From positions 482 to 64,481 of the forward strand of contig CAZBEI010000118.1 of the NCBI GenBank assembly GCA_964490895.1: a stretch of DNA of 64,000 nucleotides, read 5' to 3'. Made by a program: the position numbers and the translations under genes. The DNA is from an uncultured Bdellovibrio sp. (GTDB taxonomy: Bacteria > Bdellovibrionota > UBA1018). Under the pieces are notes generated by a model, which was not told the DNA's origin, did not search any database, and saw only the letters and a list, made by a program, of their open reading frames with translations. This document shows positions 27,570 to 37,978 of this stretch, in pieces. Every line of letters starts with the position of its first letter. Position 1 is the first letter of the stretch.

Positions 27570-28688
27570 CTACCAAAGTGCGGCTTTGAACCCTGGGATC
27601 CCAAAAGCTAGCAGAATAAAATTGGGAATCAGCATGGCTACGATAGGGTTAAAACTATAGTCAGAGGCAGCCATCGTGCCAACAGTGAGAGTGAGCCAAT
27701 AAACTAAAACGACACCCAAAGAAATCAGCACGGCTCCTGTTTTTACAGCTCGAGTACGGATAGTGCCATATCCAATTCCCAAAAAAACAAAGAAAAAAGG
27801 AGTGACCCCCACCATGTACCTTCTCCAAAGCTCTGTGAGATATTCTCGATAAACCCGAGTGTCTTTGGGGGTGTTGTGTACAAGGTGTTTCAATTCTGTA
27901 TAGGGGATCATTTTTGTTTTCCGAGTTGCAAAGCCAGAGCCCTCGTTGACTTCCAAGTAGAGTTGATATTCGTTAAAATCTATTTTTTGATAGGTGCGCT
28001 CTTCGAGATCGCTGCGATGAATGTTTCCAGAGTACAGTTTGAGGATCGCTGCAGCTCCAAGCTCAGTAGCTGGTTTCAGCAAAATAATCTCACCTTCTTT
28101 GGCGACAACGGTGACCGGAGTTTTAGGCTCTCTTTCATCATAAATAAAGACATTTTTGAGATGATTGGTGGCCGTATCAAAATGGTCTGTAAAAATAAGA
28201 AGGTCAAAAAAGCCACTCGTAAAAGCGCCTGCCCGAAGTGAGCTCACTGTTTTCGTTTCGCTCACTTTGATCAAAGTAGACTTAAATAACTGCTCCCCTC
28301 GTGGAACCCATTCTAAGTTCAGTCCCAGAGATAATAAAGAGATGATGAGTGCAAAAATAAAGACAGGGGCAGAAAGTCTTAAAACACTGATTCCAGAAGC
28401 CTTTAGCGCCACCAGTTCACTGTCAATTGAGAGTCTCCCAAAGGCGATCAAAATGCTGAGCAAGAAAGCAATGGGGAGAGCAAAGGGTAAAAAAGACAAC
28501 AGAAGCAAGGATGTCAATTTTGATAGAAGCAAAAAAGAAACCCCATGGACGATAAAAAATTCGGCCAATCTCAAAATTTGAAACATCAAAAAAATAAAGA
28601 GAAAAAAAAACACTCCCCCGAAAAAAGGCCCAATAATCTCTGAGAGGACATAAAAATCTGTGATTCTAAATCCCCACCTAGTACGCAT
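27570..28688 (-). CDS. LPS export ABC permease, LptF/LptG (YjgP/YjgQ) family
   Basis: 372 aa with six predicted TM segments and the typical N-terminus (FRITDFYVLSEIIGPFFGGV), followed by a periplasmic domain. Confidence 0.7.
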   Translation of the reverse strand: MRTRWGFRITDFYVLSEIIGPFFGGVFFFLFIFLMFQILRLAEFFIVHGVSFLLLSKLTSLLLLSFLPFALPIAFLLSILIAFGRLSIDSELVALKASGISVLRLSAPVFIFALIISLLSLGLNLEWVPRGEQLFKSTLIKVSETKTVSSLRAGAFTSGFFDLLIFTDHFDTATNHLKNVFIYDEREPKTPVTVVAKEGEIILLKPATELGAAAILKLYSGNIHRSDLEERTYQKIDFNEYQLYLEVNEGSGFATRKTKMIPYTELKHLVHNTPKDTRVYREYLTELWRRYMVGVTPFFFVFLGIGYGTIRTRAVKTGAVLISLGVVLVYWLTLTVGTMAASDYSFNPIVAMLIPNFILLAFGIPGFKAALW

Positions 28689-30078
28689 TTTTATTGATAA
28701 ACCCTTTCCAGAGGGTAGAGGCCATAATTTTGAAATCTAATCCAAAAGACCAGTTTCGAATGTAATAGAGATCGCACTCAATTCTTTCTGGAAGTGAGGT
28801 GTTGCCTCTCCATCCGTGGATCTGAGCCCAGCCTGTCATTCCAGCTTTTACTTTGTGCCTAAGCATGTAATGAGGAATGTCTTGCCGAAACTGACTCACA
28901 AAAAAAGGCCGCTCTGGCCTTGGGCCCACGAGGGACATTTCGCCTTTGAGGACATTCCAAAGCTGGGGAAATTCGTCCAAGCTGGTTGCTCTCAAAAATC
29001 TTCCAAACCCAGTTCGTCTTGGATCTTTGCACTTCGCCCAAGTTGCTCCAGACTCTAACTCGGCGTCTCTCTGCATGGTCCGAAACTTGATCATCTCAAA
29101 AGTTTGGCCATCTAAGCCCATTCTCTCTTGAAAATAAAACACAGGGCCCTTTGAGGTAAGCCTAATGACTAGGGCAATCAAAAATAGAAAAGGAGAAAAC
29201 AGAACAAGGGAAAAAGCAGAGAGTAAAAAATCAGCCCCTCTTTTGGCCACGCCTCCCCAGCCTTCCAGTGGCGAATCATTGAGATTGAGCACAGGTAGCC
29301 CTTCGAAATCTTCGACCTCACAACCGAGCGTCACATATTCATGCACATCTGGAACCAATAAAATATCGAGTGTTTCATCGTGCAAGTCTTTTAGGAGGGA
29401 GTCTAACTCTTCGGCGTGCTTTCGAGGAAGCGCAATTAAAACTTGGTCCACGGAGTTTTGATCCAGGACTTTTTTAATGTCTCGCAAATGCCCTAGAACA
29501 GGCTTATGGTTGACATGGCTCAATCCTGAGCTCTCATGGGTCAAAACCCCCACCACTTTTAGGCCCAGTTCTGGAAATTTGTCGATCTTAGAAATCAGCT
29601 TTTCGAGCAATGGGCCCTCGCCTACACCCAGGACATACCTCAGATTGTAGCCTTTTTTGCGGATGGCCCTGAGTCCGTTTCTTAAGATCAAACGAAATAC
29701 GATGAGGAAAAAGAGTCCGAGAGAGGCAAAATACACCATGACTAACCGAGAGTATTTGTATTCGCTAAAGAGGTAGGTCAGGGCAATAAAAAACAAGAGC
29801 GCTGTTCCATGGGCTTTGATCAAAAGGTGGACCTCATGGGTACGCCTCAGCATTCTCTTGGATGTATAAACCCGCAGCCCAGAAAAAACCAAAACCCACA
29901 AGATCATCACAAGAGGAGTCAGTGCAGCATATTGTGAGAATGGGGGGAGCCCTTTAGAGACTTCGATGATCGGATATTGAAATCTTAAAATATAGGACAA
30001 AAGCCATGCCGCGCCTATGACGGCGGCATCTACAACCCGAAAAATACCACCTACTATTTTATGATAACGCTTCAACAT
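28678..30078 (-). CDS. undecaprenyl-phosphate sugar phosphotransferase (WbaP/WcaJ-type bacterial sugar transferase)
   Basis: 466 aa with an N-terminal TM cluster and the C-terminal bacterial sugar transferase motif [24 protein letters not shown]. Confidence 0.75.
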   Translation of the reverse strand: [466 protein letters not shown]

Positions 30079-31632
30079 GCTTTGACCCTATGTTACACAA
30101 TTCACATGTGGCCACAACCTATTTTAAAAGTGCAATCTCAGGGTTCAGGAAATACAGATATTGTCCCTTTATTTCAAGACAAAGAGGGTAAGCCTTTGTC
30201 CGTCACCAGCAAGGAAGCGTATTCTCATTGTATTGAAAAATTAAGGAAATTACCCAAATTAAATTCCATTCAATTTATGAGATTTGGAGGAGAAGGTGGC
30301 GCCGAGAATGTTCTTTTTGTAGGACTCGGTTCGCAGGCAGATTTTAATGGCGAAAAGGCCCGTGTGGCTGGAGGCAAGGCCTACGCTAAACTCCACAGTG
30401 AAAAAGTAGAAAAATTTTCTGTGCATTTAGACTCCCTCAAGGATTTGGACTTAACCCAGTTTTCGAGAGCCTTTGCCGAAGGGCTCCTTCTGCCTTGTTA
30501 TGGATTTGAAAAGTATAAAAGTAAATTGGGAGACTCGGAAAAAAAATACTATGGACCCACGGAAATAAGTTTTGTCACACAAAATCAGGCTTTAAAAAAG
30601 AGCTTAGAAAAAGAATTAAACGAAGTCTCCTCTCTTGGAATCGCTGTAAACCTCACACGGGATTGGTCCAATGAGCCCTCTAATTTTGGAACTCCAGAAT
30701 TTTATGCCTCCGAAGCCAGTGCATTGGCAAAAAAATATGGTCTAAAATGCCGTATTTTAGATGAGAAAGACGCAGAAAAAGAAAAGATGGGGCTATTTTT
30801 AGGAGTCGGCCAAGGCTCCGAAAAAGAAGGCCGAATTGTGATTGTCGAATACTTCCCCAAAAAAACTACCCAAAAAACTATCAAAAAAAATATCAAAAAA
30901 AATATAAAGACAATTGCCCTTGTGGGCAAAGGCGTCACCTTTGACAGCGGTGGGATTTCGATCAAGCCCGCGGCTCGAATGGAAGACATGAAACATGACA
31001 TGACAGGAGCCGCGACAATGATGGGGGCTGTGCTTCTGGCCTCCCTTTGGGGTGCGCCCAACCACGTCATCGCAGTTATGGCTTTTACTGAAAACATGCC
31101 GGATGGGAACGCCATCAATCCGGGAAATGTTTTAACAGCTCGTTCCGGAAAGCGAGTTGAAATTATTAATACGGATGCCGAGGGCCGACTTATTCTAGCA
31201 GACGCACTTGACTTTGCCCATGACTACAAACCAGATGTTATTATAGACGCAGCAACACTGACTGGGGCTGTGTCTGTAGCGCTTGGAAAATACTGTTGTG
31301 CTATTTTGGGAAATGACGAGAATCTCATCCAGCAAATAAAAGCCGCAGGCGAAACTCAGGGGGAGAGAATATGGCAGCTGCCCCTCTATGACGACTATTT
31401 GGAAGACCTCAAATCCGATGTGGCCGATTTAAAAAACTCTGCAAATGACTCCAATGGCGGAACCGTCCGAGGCGCTATTTTTTTAAAGCAGTTTATACAA
31501 AAAGGAACTGCTTGGGCACATTTGGATATTGCTTCGACAGCGTATAATTTGTCCCATCTTTCTTATTACCCTAAAAAGGGTGCCAGTGGTGCCTATGTCA
31601 GAACACTGGCAAAATTTGTAACGGAGTTTTGA
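30061..31632 (+). CDS. pepA: leucyl aminopeptidase (M17)
   Basis: 523 aa with NTDAEGRL, the VGKGVTFDSGGISIKP motif and an M17 C-terminal domain. A low-complexity KKTIKKNIKKNIK insert is present. Confidence 0.85.
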   Translation: MITLQHALTLCYTIHMWPQPILKVQSQGSGNTDIVPLFQDKEGKPLSVTSKEAYSHCIEKLRKLPKLNSIQFMRFGGEGGAENVLFVGLGSQADFNGEKARVAGGKAYAKLHSEKVEKFSVHLDSLKDLDLTQFSRAFAEGLLLPCYGFEKYKSKLGDSEKKYYGPTEISFVTQNQALKKSLEKELNEVSSLGIAVNLTRDWSNEPSNFGTPEFYASEASALAKKYGLKCRILDEKDAEKEKMGLFLGVGQGSEKEGRIVIVEYFPKKTTQKTIKKNIKKNIKTIALVGKGVTFDSGGISIKPAARMEDMKHDMTGAATMMGAVLLASLWGAPNHVIAVMAFTENMPDGNAINPGNVLTARSGKRVEIINTDAEGRLILADALDFAHDYKPDVIIDAATLTGAVSVALGKYCCAILGNDENLIQQIKAAGETQGERIWQLPLYDDYLEDLKSDVADLKNSANDSNGGTVRGAIFLKQFIQKGTAWAHLDIASTAYNLSHLSYYPKKGASGAYVRTLAKFVTEF

Positions 31633-31638
31633 ATTCAA

Positions 31639-32946
31639 ATGGTTAAAAAAAAGTTTCAAATTGATCAGGCTGAAAAAAATGAAGGTCAGGTGATTACAGC
31701 TCAAGGGTGGGTTTATGGGCTTAGGAGTTCTGGAAAAATCAAATTTTTGATCCTTCGAGACGGAACAGGGCTCATGCAGTGTGTGTTTTTTAAGGGAGAG
31801 TGCCCAGGGCAGTGCAATGAAGAATCCTTTTTAGAATTTGAAAAACTCACTCAAGAGACCTCTGTCGAAATTACTGGAAAATTAAAAAAAGAACCTCGTT
31901 CGCCCGGAGGTTATGAAATGGCCGTGGAGTCCTTAAAGATTTTTCAGATTGCAGAACCCTATCCTATTTCTCCAAAAGAACATGGAACCGAATTTTTGAT
32001 GAGCCAAAGACACCTTTGGATTCGCAGTCAAAGGCAATGGGCTATTTTGAGAATTCGTGCTGAAATTATTAAGGTTATTGCTGAATTTTATGACAACCGA
32101 GGCTTTGTTCGCTTTGATGCTCCAATTTTGACTCCCAGTGCTTGCGAAGGAGCTTCGACTTTATTTAAGACTGATTATTTTGAAGAAAAGGCTTTTCTTA
32201 CCCAATCGGGTCAACTCTATGGCGAAACAGGGGCCATGGCGTTTTCGAATATCTATGTTTTTGGTCCGACCTTTCGAGCTGAAAAATCTAAAACCCGAAA
32301 ACACCTCACTGAGTTTTGGATGGTGGAGCCTGAGATGGCTTTTTATGACCTAGAGGACAATATGAAGTTAGCTGAGGAGTTTGTGGAATACGTTATCCAA
32401 ACAGTCGTTTCTCGGAAAACTCCAGAACTGAAAATTTTAGAGCGAGACTTAGGTAAACTCGAATGTGTTAGAGCACCCTTTCCAAAAATTTCGTATGACG
32501 AAGCGCTTGGGATTTTAGAAAAAAAAGGGGTGGGGGTGCCCTGGGGAGAGGATTTTGGAGCCCCCCACGAAACTGCATTGGGCGAAGAATTTAAGAAACC
32601 CGTTTTTGTGCATCACATGCCTGCTCAAATCAAATCTTTTTATTTCAAACAATCGGATTCGGGAAAGTATGCGCTCGGCTGTGATCTCATTGCTCCAGAT
32701 GGGTATGGCGAAATTATTGGAGGTGGAGAACGCGAAGCGGATTATGAGACCTTAAAGCGACGTATCATGGAACACGGATTAAAAGAGGAAGATTACAGTT
32801 GGTACTTAGACCTACGCCGTTACGGGTCAGTTCCACATGCTGGATTTGGAATGGGTCTTGAGCGCACGGTGGCCTGGATTACTGGTGTAGAACATGTCCG
32901 AGAGACGACTCCCTACCCCAGAATGCTACACGTACTGAGGCCTTAA
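31639..32946 (+). CDS. asnS: asparagine--tRNA ligase
   Basis: 435 aa class IIb aaRS with an N-terminal OB fold, PILTPSACEGASTLF, FGPTFRAE and GGGEREADYETL. Confidence 0.75.
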   Translation: MVKKKFQIDQAEKNEGQVITAQGWVYGLRSSGKIKFLILRDGTGLMQCVFFKGECPGQCNEESFLEFEKLTQETSVEITGKLKKEPRSPGGYEMAVESLKIFQIAEPYPISPKEHGTEFLMSQRHLWIRSQRQWAILRIRAEIIKVIAEFYDNRGFVRFDAPILTPSACEGASTLFKTDYFEEKAFLTQSGQLYGETGAMAFSNIYVFGPTFRAEKSKTRKHLTEFWMVEPEMAFYDLEDNMKLAEEFVEYVIQTVVSRKTPELKILERDLGKLECVRAPFPKISYDEALGILEKKGVGVPWGEDFGAPHETALGEEFKKPVFVHHMPAQIKSFYFKQSDSGKYALGCDLIAPDGYGEIIGGGEREADYETLKRRIMEHGLKEEDYSWYLDLRRYGSVPHAGFGMGLERTVAWITGVEHVRETTPYPRMLHVLRP

Positions 32947-33059
32947 AGTCTTTTAGTTTTAAAAAATCCAAGTTTTTTCCTTGTCTGGCCTTGTTGCAAG
33001 CGACAGTTTAATGACAGAATAAAATACGCTCTCTCTAAAAGCCGCTTGGGGCATGGATC

Positions 33060-33168
33060 TGGGGATAACTTTTTACTAAAGCGTAAAAAAACGTCTATAT
33101 AAGGGAAAATATTTAGCAATATCATTATGTTATCTATTGTGGATAACTATGGTAATAGGTGTGGATAA
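33060..33168 (+). promoter_or_regulatory. DnaA-box cluster: TGGGGATAA at 33060-33068 and two perfect TGTGGATAA boxes at 33138-33146 and 33160-33168
   Basis: Two perfect 9-mer DnaA boxes 22 nt apart in the same orientation plus one near-perfect box, within an AT-rich convergent intergenic region right after the rodZ stop. Confidence 0.45.
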
Positions 33169-33169
33169 C

Positions 33170-34162
33170 TTACGGATTTTGATGGGATTGTGGAACTTGT
33201 TTTGGAAGTGGTCTTTCGCCAGGAAAAGCTTCCTCAACAGTATCAATGAGTTCTGATGGAAAAAACAGGGTTGGAGTATTCTTGAGTAACCTTAGTTTCG
33301 GCTCAGTGCCCAAAACCCGATAGCCACTTTGATTTAAGTTATAGCTTATTGCGTCAGAATCAGAGGCTTGAAATCGAATTGATTTATTTGCTCTCAAAAC
33401 TAAAATCCTATCTTTCCTAAAAGGAAACATCATGATGGGCTTCTCATCTACCTGGTAACGTATCCATAGATCTGAAAGGGATTTAAAAAGAACTTTGAAT
33501 TTAACTTCTGAAGCTTTCAAATCTGAGCCAGAATGGAGCGGGTCAGGGTGCTCAGAGGCAAGAGGAGAAGGTGCTGCCGAGGGGACAGGTGTCACAGTTG
33601 GAGCCACAGATGGAATTGGGGTTGGAATTGGGGTTAGAATTAGAGACACAGCTGGAGACGCAGATGGGATTGCTTTTACATGAATGGATTTGAGCTTTTC
33701 TAAATTTGCTTTCCGATGGTGCCTAAAAGAAGGTTTCAGAACCAGAATCAAAACTCCACCCAATAAGACAAATCCTCCCATAATTGCCCAGAGCAAAGTT
33801 CGGCTTTGTTCTCCTTCGCGTTTTTCGAAAGCATAACCCATGTGGCCTTTTTCTTGTGTAGGGCGCTCGCTCGTTTTTTCGTTTAAATAGGAATTGTACT
33901 TGGTCAAAATTTCTTTGGGATCAAGTCCCACAAATCGCGCATAGGCGGTTACAAAACCTCGCACAAAAGGTTTGGCTGGCAGGTCTGAAAAGCGATCAGC
34001 TTCTAAAAGGTGAATCAGCTTTACGTTAATTTTTGTAGCAGACGCAACCTGCTCAATTGTCATTCCTCGTTTTTCTCGCTCTCCTCTTAAGAATGCGCCT
34101 AGGCTGATGCCTAAACTCGTGCCTAAACTCGTGCCTAAGTTCGTGTTTGATTCTTGCGTCAT
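33170..34162 (-). CDS. rodZ: cytoskeleton protein RodZ (XRE HTH-TM-periplasmic domain)
   Basis: 330 aa with an N-terminal HTH (MTIEQVASATKINVKLIHLLEADRFSDLPAKPFVRGFV), a single TM segment, and Pro/Thr-rich repeats before the C-terminal domain. Confidence 0.7.
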   Translation of the reverse strand: MTQESNTNLGTSLGTSLGISLGAFLRGEREKRGMTIEQVASATKINVKLIHLLEADRFSDLPAKPFVRGFVTAYARFVGLDPKEILTKYNSYLNEKTSERPTQEKGHMGYAFEKREGEQSRTLLWAIMGGFVLLGGVLILVLKPSFRHHRKANLEKLKSIHVKAIPSASPAVSLILTPIPTPIPSVAPTVTPVPSAAPSPLASEHPDPLHSGSDLKASEVKFKVLFKSLSDLWIRYQVDEKPIMMFPFRKDRILVLRANKSIRFQASDSDAISYNLNQSGYRVLGTEPKLRLLKNTPTLFFPSELIDTVEEAFPGERPLPKQVPQSHQNP

Positions 34163-34163
34163 A

Positions 34164-34934
34164 TTAAGGGATGTATTTTAGTTGATCCATAGCTTGATCT
34201 GCATATTTCGTATCCGAAAAATTGCGCTTAATTTCTATAAACTTTTTTCGTGCTTTTTCGTATTCCTTGTTTTTCTCATATATTAAACCCAATGCCAAAT
34301 GTGCTTCAGCAAATCCAGCGCAAAACTTTTTTGTGGCCAAACTGTAGTTTTTTTCAGCATCTCCATATTTATTTTCAATGAGACTAATATGCCCTAAATA
34401 GTAATAAGCCACACAGGCACCTTTTTGAAATTCCGTGACAGCATGATTCAGGCTCTCCTCTGATTTTTTGTAGTTTTCTTTTCTATAGTATAAAATTCCT
34501 AGGTTTGTATAGGCCTTATAAGCGTCCCGATAAAGAGTGTCATGAGAGGCTTGAATCAGCGGTGGCTCAGCTTCATTGTATCTTCCCAAGTCCAGATAAA
34601 TTTTTCCCAAGGTGTTATTGGCCTCAGAATACGTCGGATACAAATCCACTGCTTTTTTAGCTTCTTCGATAGCTCGTTTGAGATCTTTTTTTGCGTAATA
34701 AGCCAAAGCTCTCGTGTGGTGGAGTTCTGGAAGTTTGGGGTCATAACTTTCGGCTTGAGCTAAACTTTGAAGAGCTCCTGTAGAATCACCTTCGACCAGG
34801 CTCCCGTTGGCAACTTCAACGAGGAGTCGTGCTCTTTCGGTGGCGGAAAGGGGTTTGTGTCCACCCGAAGTACCCATCATTTGAGCACACCCTATGAAAA
34901 CAACGCAAAAAGCTAAGACTAAGAATTTTGTCAT
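34164..34934 (-). CDS. TPR-repeat lipoprotein, PilF/PilW-like (type IV pilus biogenesis or stability family)
   Basis: 256 aa with lipobox VFIGC, TPR repeats throughout, and the conserved position immediately upstream of rodZ. Confidence 0.5.
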   Translation of the reverse strand: MTKFLVLAFCVVFIGCAQMMGTSGGHKPLSATERARLLVEVANGSLVEGDSTGALQSLAQAESYDPKLPELHHTRALAYYAKKDLKRAIEEAKKAVDLYPTYSEANNTLGKIYLDLGRYNEAEPPLIQASHDTLYRDAYKAYTNLGILYYRKENYKKSEESLNHAVTEFQKGACVAYYYLGHISLIENKYGDAEKNYSLATKKFCAGFAEAHLALGLIYEKNKEYEKARKKFIEIKRNFSDTKYADQAMDQLKYIP

Positions 34935-34980
34935 GAGTAGGATTCCCCTCCTATCAAGTTAAGTTGCAATACCCATTTTG

Positions 34981-36066
34981 TCAAAGGAGCAGCAGCCCCA
35001 CAGCTTCGACATGTGGCGTTTGTGGAAAAAAGTCAAAAACTGAAATTTTTTTCAACTTCCAACCCTTTTTGACAAACCGCGAGAGATCTTTGGCCCAAGA
35101 GTCTGCATCACATCCCACCAAGACGATCTCCACAACTCCAAGCCTCTTTAAGGCATGCTCCATTTCTACAAAGTTGGGCCCGAGTCCTTCGCGAGGTGGA
35201 TCCAAAATTGCTGAGCCATCTTGTGGGAGCTTTTTCTGAGCCATCAGCCACGGCAACACTCCCGAGCGGATAAAAAAATAATTTGCAGGACTATTTTTTT
35301 GAAGGGACGCATAAGTATCAATACAATAAATGGTTTTCATTTTTGGAGAAAAAGGCATCGAAAGGTTTCCAGAACCTCCATACAAGTCCAAAAGAATGGA
35401 GCCTCGGGTGATATTTTGAGAAATCCAAGACTTTAATTTTTCATTTTGCTCGTTATTGACTTGGCTAAATCCGAGTGCCGCATGGGGAGCATTCCAGGTT
35501 GTTTTTACGCTGGGCTGGGGCTCTTGGGTGAGTTCAACCTCTACCTTATAAGGTGTTTTCAGTTCTTTCCCCTTGAGTTTGATTTCATTCCACTGGGCAT
35601 TGATTAGGGGATGTGCGATTTTGCATTCCTCAACTGAGATCACGTTATGACTTCCAGGGGCATAAAAACCCAATCTGTCACTAAAGCCTCTCAACTGTAC
35701 TCGATTGCGATATCCCCAGGCAACGGTGGCCGGAAATTCTTCGCACTCAAGTGGGATCTGAACTTGCGCTCTACCTAAGGCATGTTTTAGGCCTAAAAAT
35801 TTAGTTTTCCACTGTAATTCGTAGGGAATGTGTTGCCATTGACAACCCCCACATTTTGTAAAAACAGGGCACGGAGGGTTTACTCTCTCGGGAGAGGGCT
35901 CTAGAATTTCGACGAGTTTTCCCTGGGAGTAGTTTTTTTTCTCTTCTAATATTTCAACCTCAACGAGATCCCCTGGAGCGGTAAATGGGATAAAGATCGT
36001 TTTACCGTTTGGGCCTAGAGCCACTCCAGCCCCTCCTCGGGAGAGGTCTTTTACGCGTACTTGCAT
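34981..36066 (-). CDS. TRAM-domain RNA (uracil-5)-methyltransferase, RlmD/RumA family
   Basis: 361 aa with a TRAM N-terminus, Fe-S cluster cysteines CPVFTKCGGCQWQH and SAM motif DLYGGSGNLS. Confidence 0.65.
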   Translation of the reverse strand: MQVRVKDLSRGGAGVALGPNGKTIFIPFTAPGDLVEVEILEEKKNYSQGKLVEILEPSPERVNPPCPVFTKCGGCQWQHIPYELQWKTKFLGLKHALGRAQVQIPLECEEFPATVAWGYRNRVQLRGFSDRLGFYAPGSHNVISVEECKIAHPLINAQWNEIKLKGKELKTPYKVEVELTQEPQPSVKTTWNAPHAALGFSQVNNEQNEKLKSWISQNITRGSILLDLYGGSGNLSMPFSPKMKTIYCIDTYASLQKNSPANYFFIRSGVLPWLMAQKKLPQDGSAILDPPREGLGPNFVEMEHALKRLGVVEIVLVGCDADSWAKDLSRFVKKGWKLKKISVFDFFPQTPHVEAVGLLLL

Positions 36067-36086
36067 ACATACTGTAATAAGCTTGA

Positions 36087-37916
36087 ATGGGACGAGAAGT
36101 CATGACAAAAAAGGGTCTCATGCCCAAGAAAATTCGCAATTTCTGCATCATCGCTCACATTGATCACGGCAAATCCACTCTTGCAGATCGATTATTGGAA
36201 AAAACAGGCACTGTTTCGTCGCGAGAAATGGAAGCTCAATTCCTAGACAACATGGATATTGAACGCGAGCGAGGGATTACGATCAAAGCCCGAAGTGTAC
36301 GGCTCAAATATCGCAGTAAAAAAGGCGAAGACTATATTTTGAATTTAATCGATACGCCAGGACATGTCGATTTTACTTACGAAGTCTCTCGAAGCTTAGC
36401 CGCTTGCGAAGGGGCTATCTTAGTGGTTGATGCCTCGCAAGGAGTCGAAGCACAAACCCTGGCCAATGTTTTTATGGCTTTAGATAACAATCTCGAAGTT
36501 TTTCCAGTCATCAATAAAATCGACCTGCCTGCGGCAGATCCTGAGCGAGTATTAAAAGAGATCGAAGAGATGATTGGCCTTGTAGACATAAAAAGAGCAC
36601 TTCTCTGTAGTGCTAAGGCTGGAATTGGAATTAGCGAAGTTTTAGAGTCTGTGATCGAGCATTTTCCACCCCCCAAAGACGAAGACGCTAAGCCTCTCAA
36701 AGCCCTTATTTTCGACAGCTGGTATGACGCCTATCAAGGAGTCATTGCGCTTTGTCGGATTTTTGAGGGGAAAGTAAAAAAAGGTGCAAGGATTAAGCTT
36801 TATCATGTGGGTAAGGAATTCGAAGTTCAGCGTTTAGGAGTTTTTTCTCCCCATTTTACAGATGTAGAGGAGTTGGGCGGTGGAGAAGTTGGGGCTATCG
36901 TCTGTGGAATCAGAGATGTGAGAGACATGAAAGTGGGCGACACAATCATGGACGCACAAAACCCTGCTGCTCTGCCACTCGAGGGCTTCAAGGAAGTCAA
37001 ACCCATGGTCTTTAGCGGTGTTTACCCCATTGACGCTGATCGCTATAATGATTTAAAAGAGTCCTTAGAAAAACTGAAGCTCAATGACTCTTCTATTAGT
37101 TGGGAACCGGAGACCTCCACTGCTCTCGGCTTTGGATTTCGGTGTGGTTTTCTTGGGCTTTTGCACATGGATGTCGTCCAAGAGCGTTTGGAGAGAGAAT
37201 ATCACCTCGACCTCATCACAACAGCTCCCTCTGTTGTCTATCGAGTCATTAAAACAGATGGCAAGATTTTGCGTGTTGACAATCCCTCTAAGCTTCCAGA
37301 TCTCACTCAAATTCAAGTGATCGAAGAACCTTACATTTTGCTCACCATCCATTTGCCGGCAGAATACGTGGGCGCTGCCATGACGCTTCTCAATGACCGA
37401 CGTGGAATCCAAAAAAAAATGGATTATTTGGCACATGATCGTGTTATTTTAGTTTACGAAATGCCACTCAATGAGATGGTGTTTGATTTTTATGATCGAC
37501 TAAAAAGCATCACCAAGGGTTATGCTTCGATGGACTATGAGCTCAAAGATTATAGGCCATCAGATCTTATTAAACTCGATATTTTGATCAATGGAGACCC
37601 TGTAGATGCGCTTTCTTTGATTATCCATCGAGAAAAAGCCATTTATCGTGGAAGAGAACTCGTTAAGAAAATGAAGGAACTTATCTCAAGGCAGATGTTC
37701 GAAGTGGCAATCCAGGCTGCGATTGGCTCTAAAATAATCGCCCGAGAAACCGTGTCTGCACTACGTAAAAATGTCACCGCCAAGTGTTACGGCGGAGATA
37801 TCTCACGAAAAAGAAAGCTGCTAGAAAAGCAAAAAGAAGGTAAAAAGAGAATGAAACAAATTGGAGTTGTAGAAATTCCGCAAGAAGCTTTTTTAGCGGT
37901 TTTAAAAGTGGATTGA
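36087..37916 (+). CDS. lepA: elongation factor 4 (LepA)
   Basis: 609 aa with [22 protein letters not shown] and the LepA-specific C-terminal domain. The true start may be an internal Met near 36120. Confidence 0.9.
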   Translation: MGREVMTKKGLMPKKIRNFCIIAHIDHGKSTLADRLLEKTGTVSSREMEAQFLDNMDIERERGITIKARSVRLKYRSKKGEDYILNLIDTPGHVDFTYEVSRSLAACEGAILVVDASQGVEAQTLANVFMALDNNLEVFPVINKIDLPAADPERVLKEIEEMIGLVDIKRALLCSAKAGIGISEVLESVIEHFPPPKDEDAKPLKALIFDSWYDAYQGVIALCRIFEGKVKKGARIKLYHVGKEFEVQRLGVFSPHFTDVEELGGGEVGAIVCGIRDVRDMKVGDTIMDAQNPAALPLEGFKEVKPMVFSGVYPIDADRYNDLKESLEKLKLNDSSISWEPETSTALGFGFRCGFLGLLHMDVVQERLEREYHLDLITTAPSVVYRVIKTDGKILRVDNPSKLPDLTQIQVIEEPYILLTIHLPAEYVGAAMTLLNDRRGIQKKMDYLAHDRVILVYEMPLNEMVFDFYDRLKSITKGYASMDYELKDYRPSDLIKLDILINGDPVDALSLIIHREKAIYRGRELVKKMKELISRQMFEVAIQAAIGSKIIARETVSALRKNVTAKCYGGDISRKRKLLEKQKEGKKRMKQIGVVEIPQEAFLAVLKVD

Positions 37917-37978
37917 CGTAGGCAATAAATGGATTGTCGTAGGCAATAAATGAATTGACGTAGGCAATAAATGGATAT
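37911..37978 (+). repeat. 3.2 x 21-nt tandem repeat GGATTGACGTAGGCAATAAAT in the lepA-lepB junction
   Basis: Units at 37911, 37932 and 37953 with a partial fourth. The first unit contains the lepA stop and the last overlaps the lepB ATG (37971). Each unit carries TTGACG. Confidence 0.8.
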
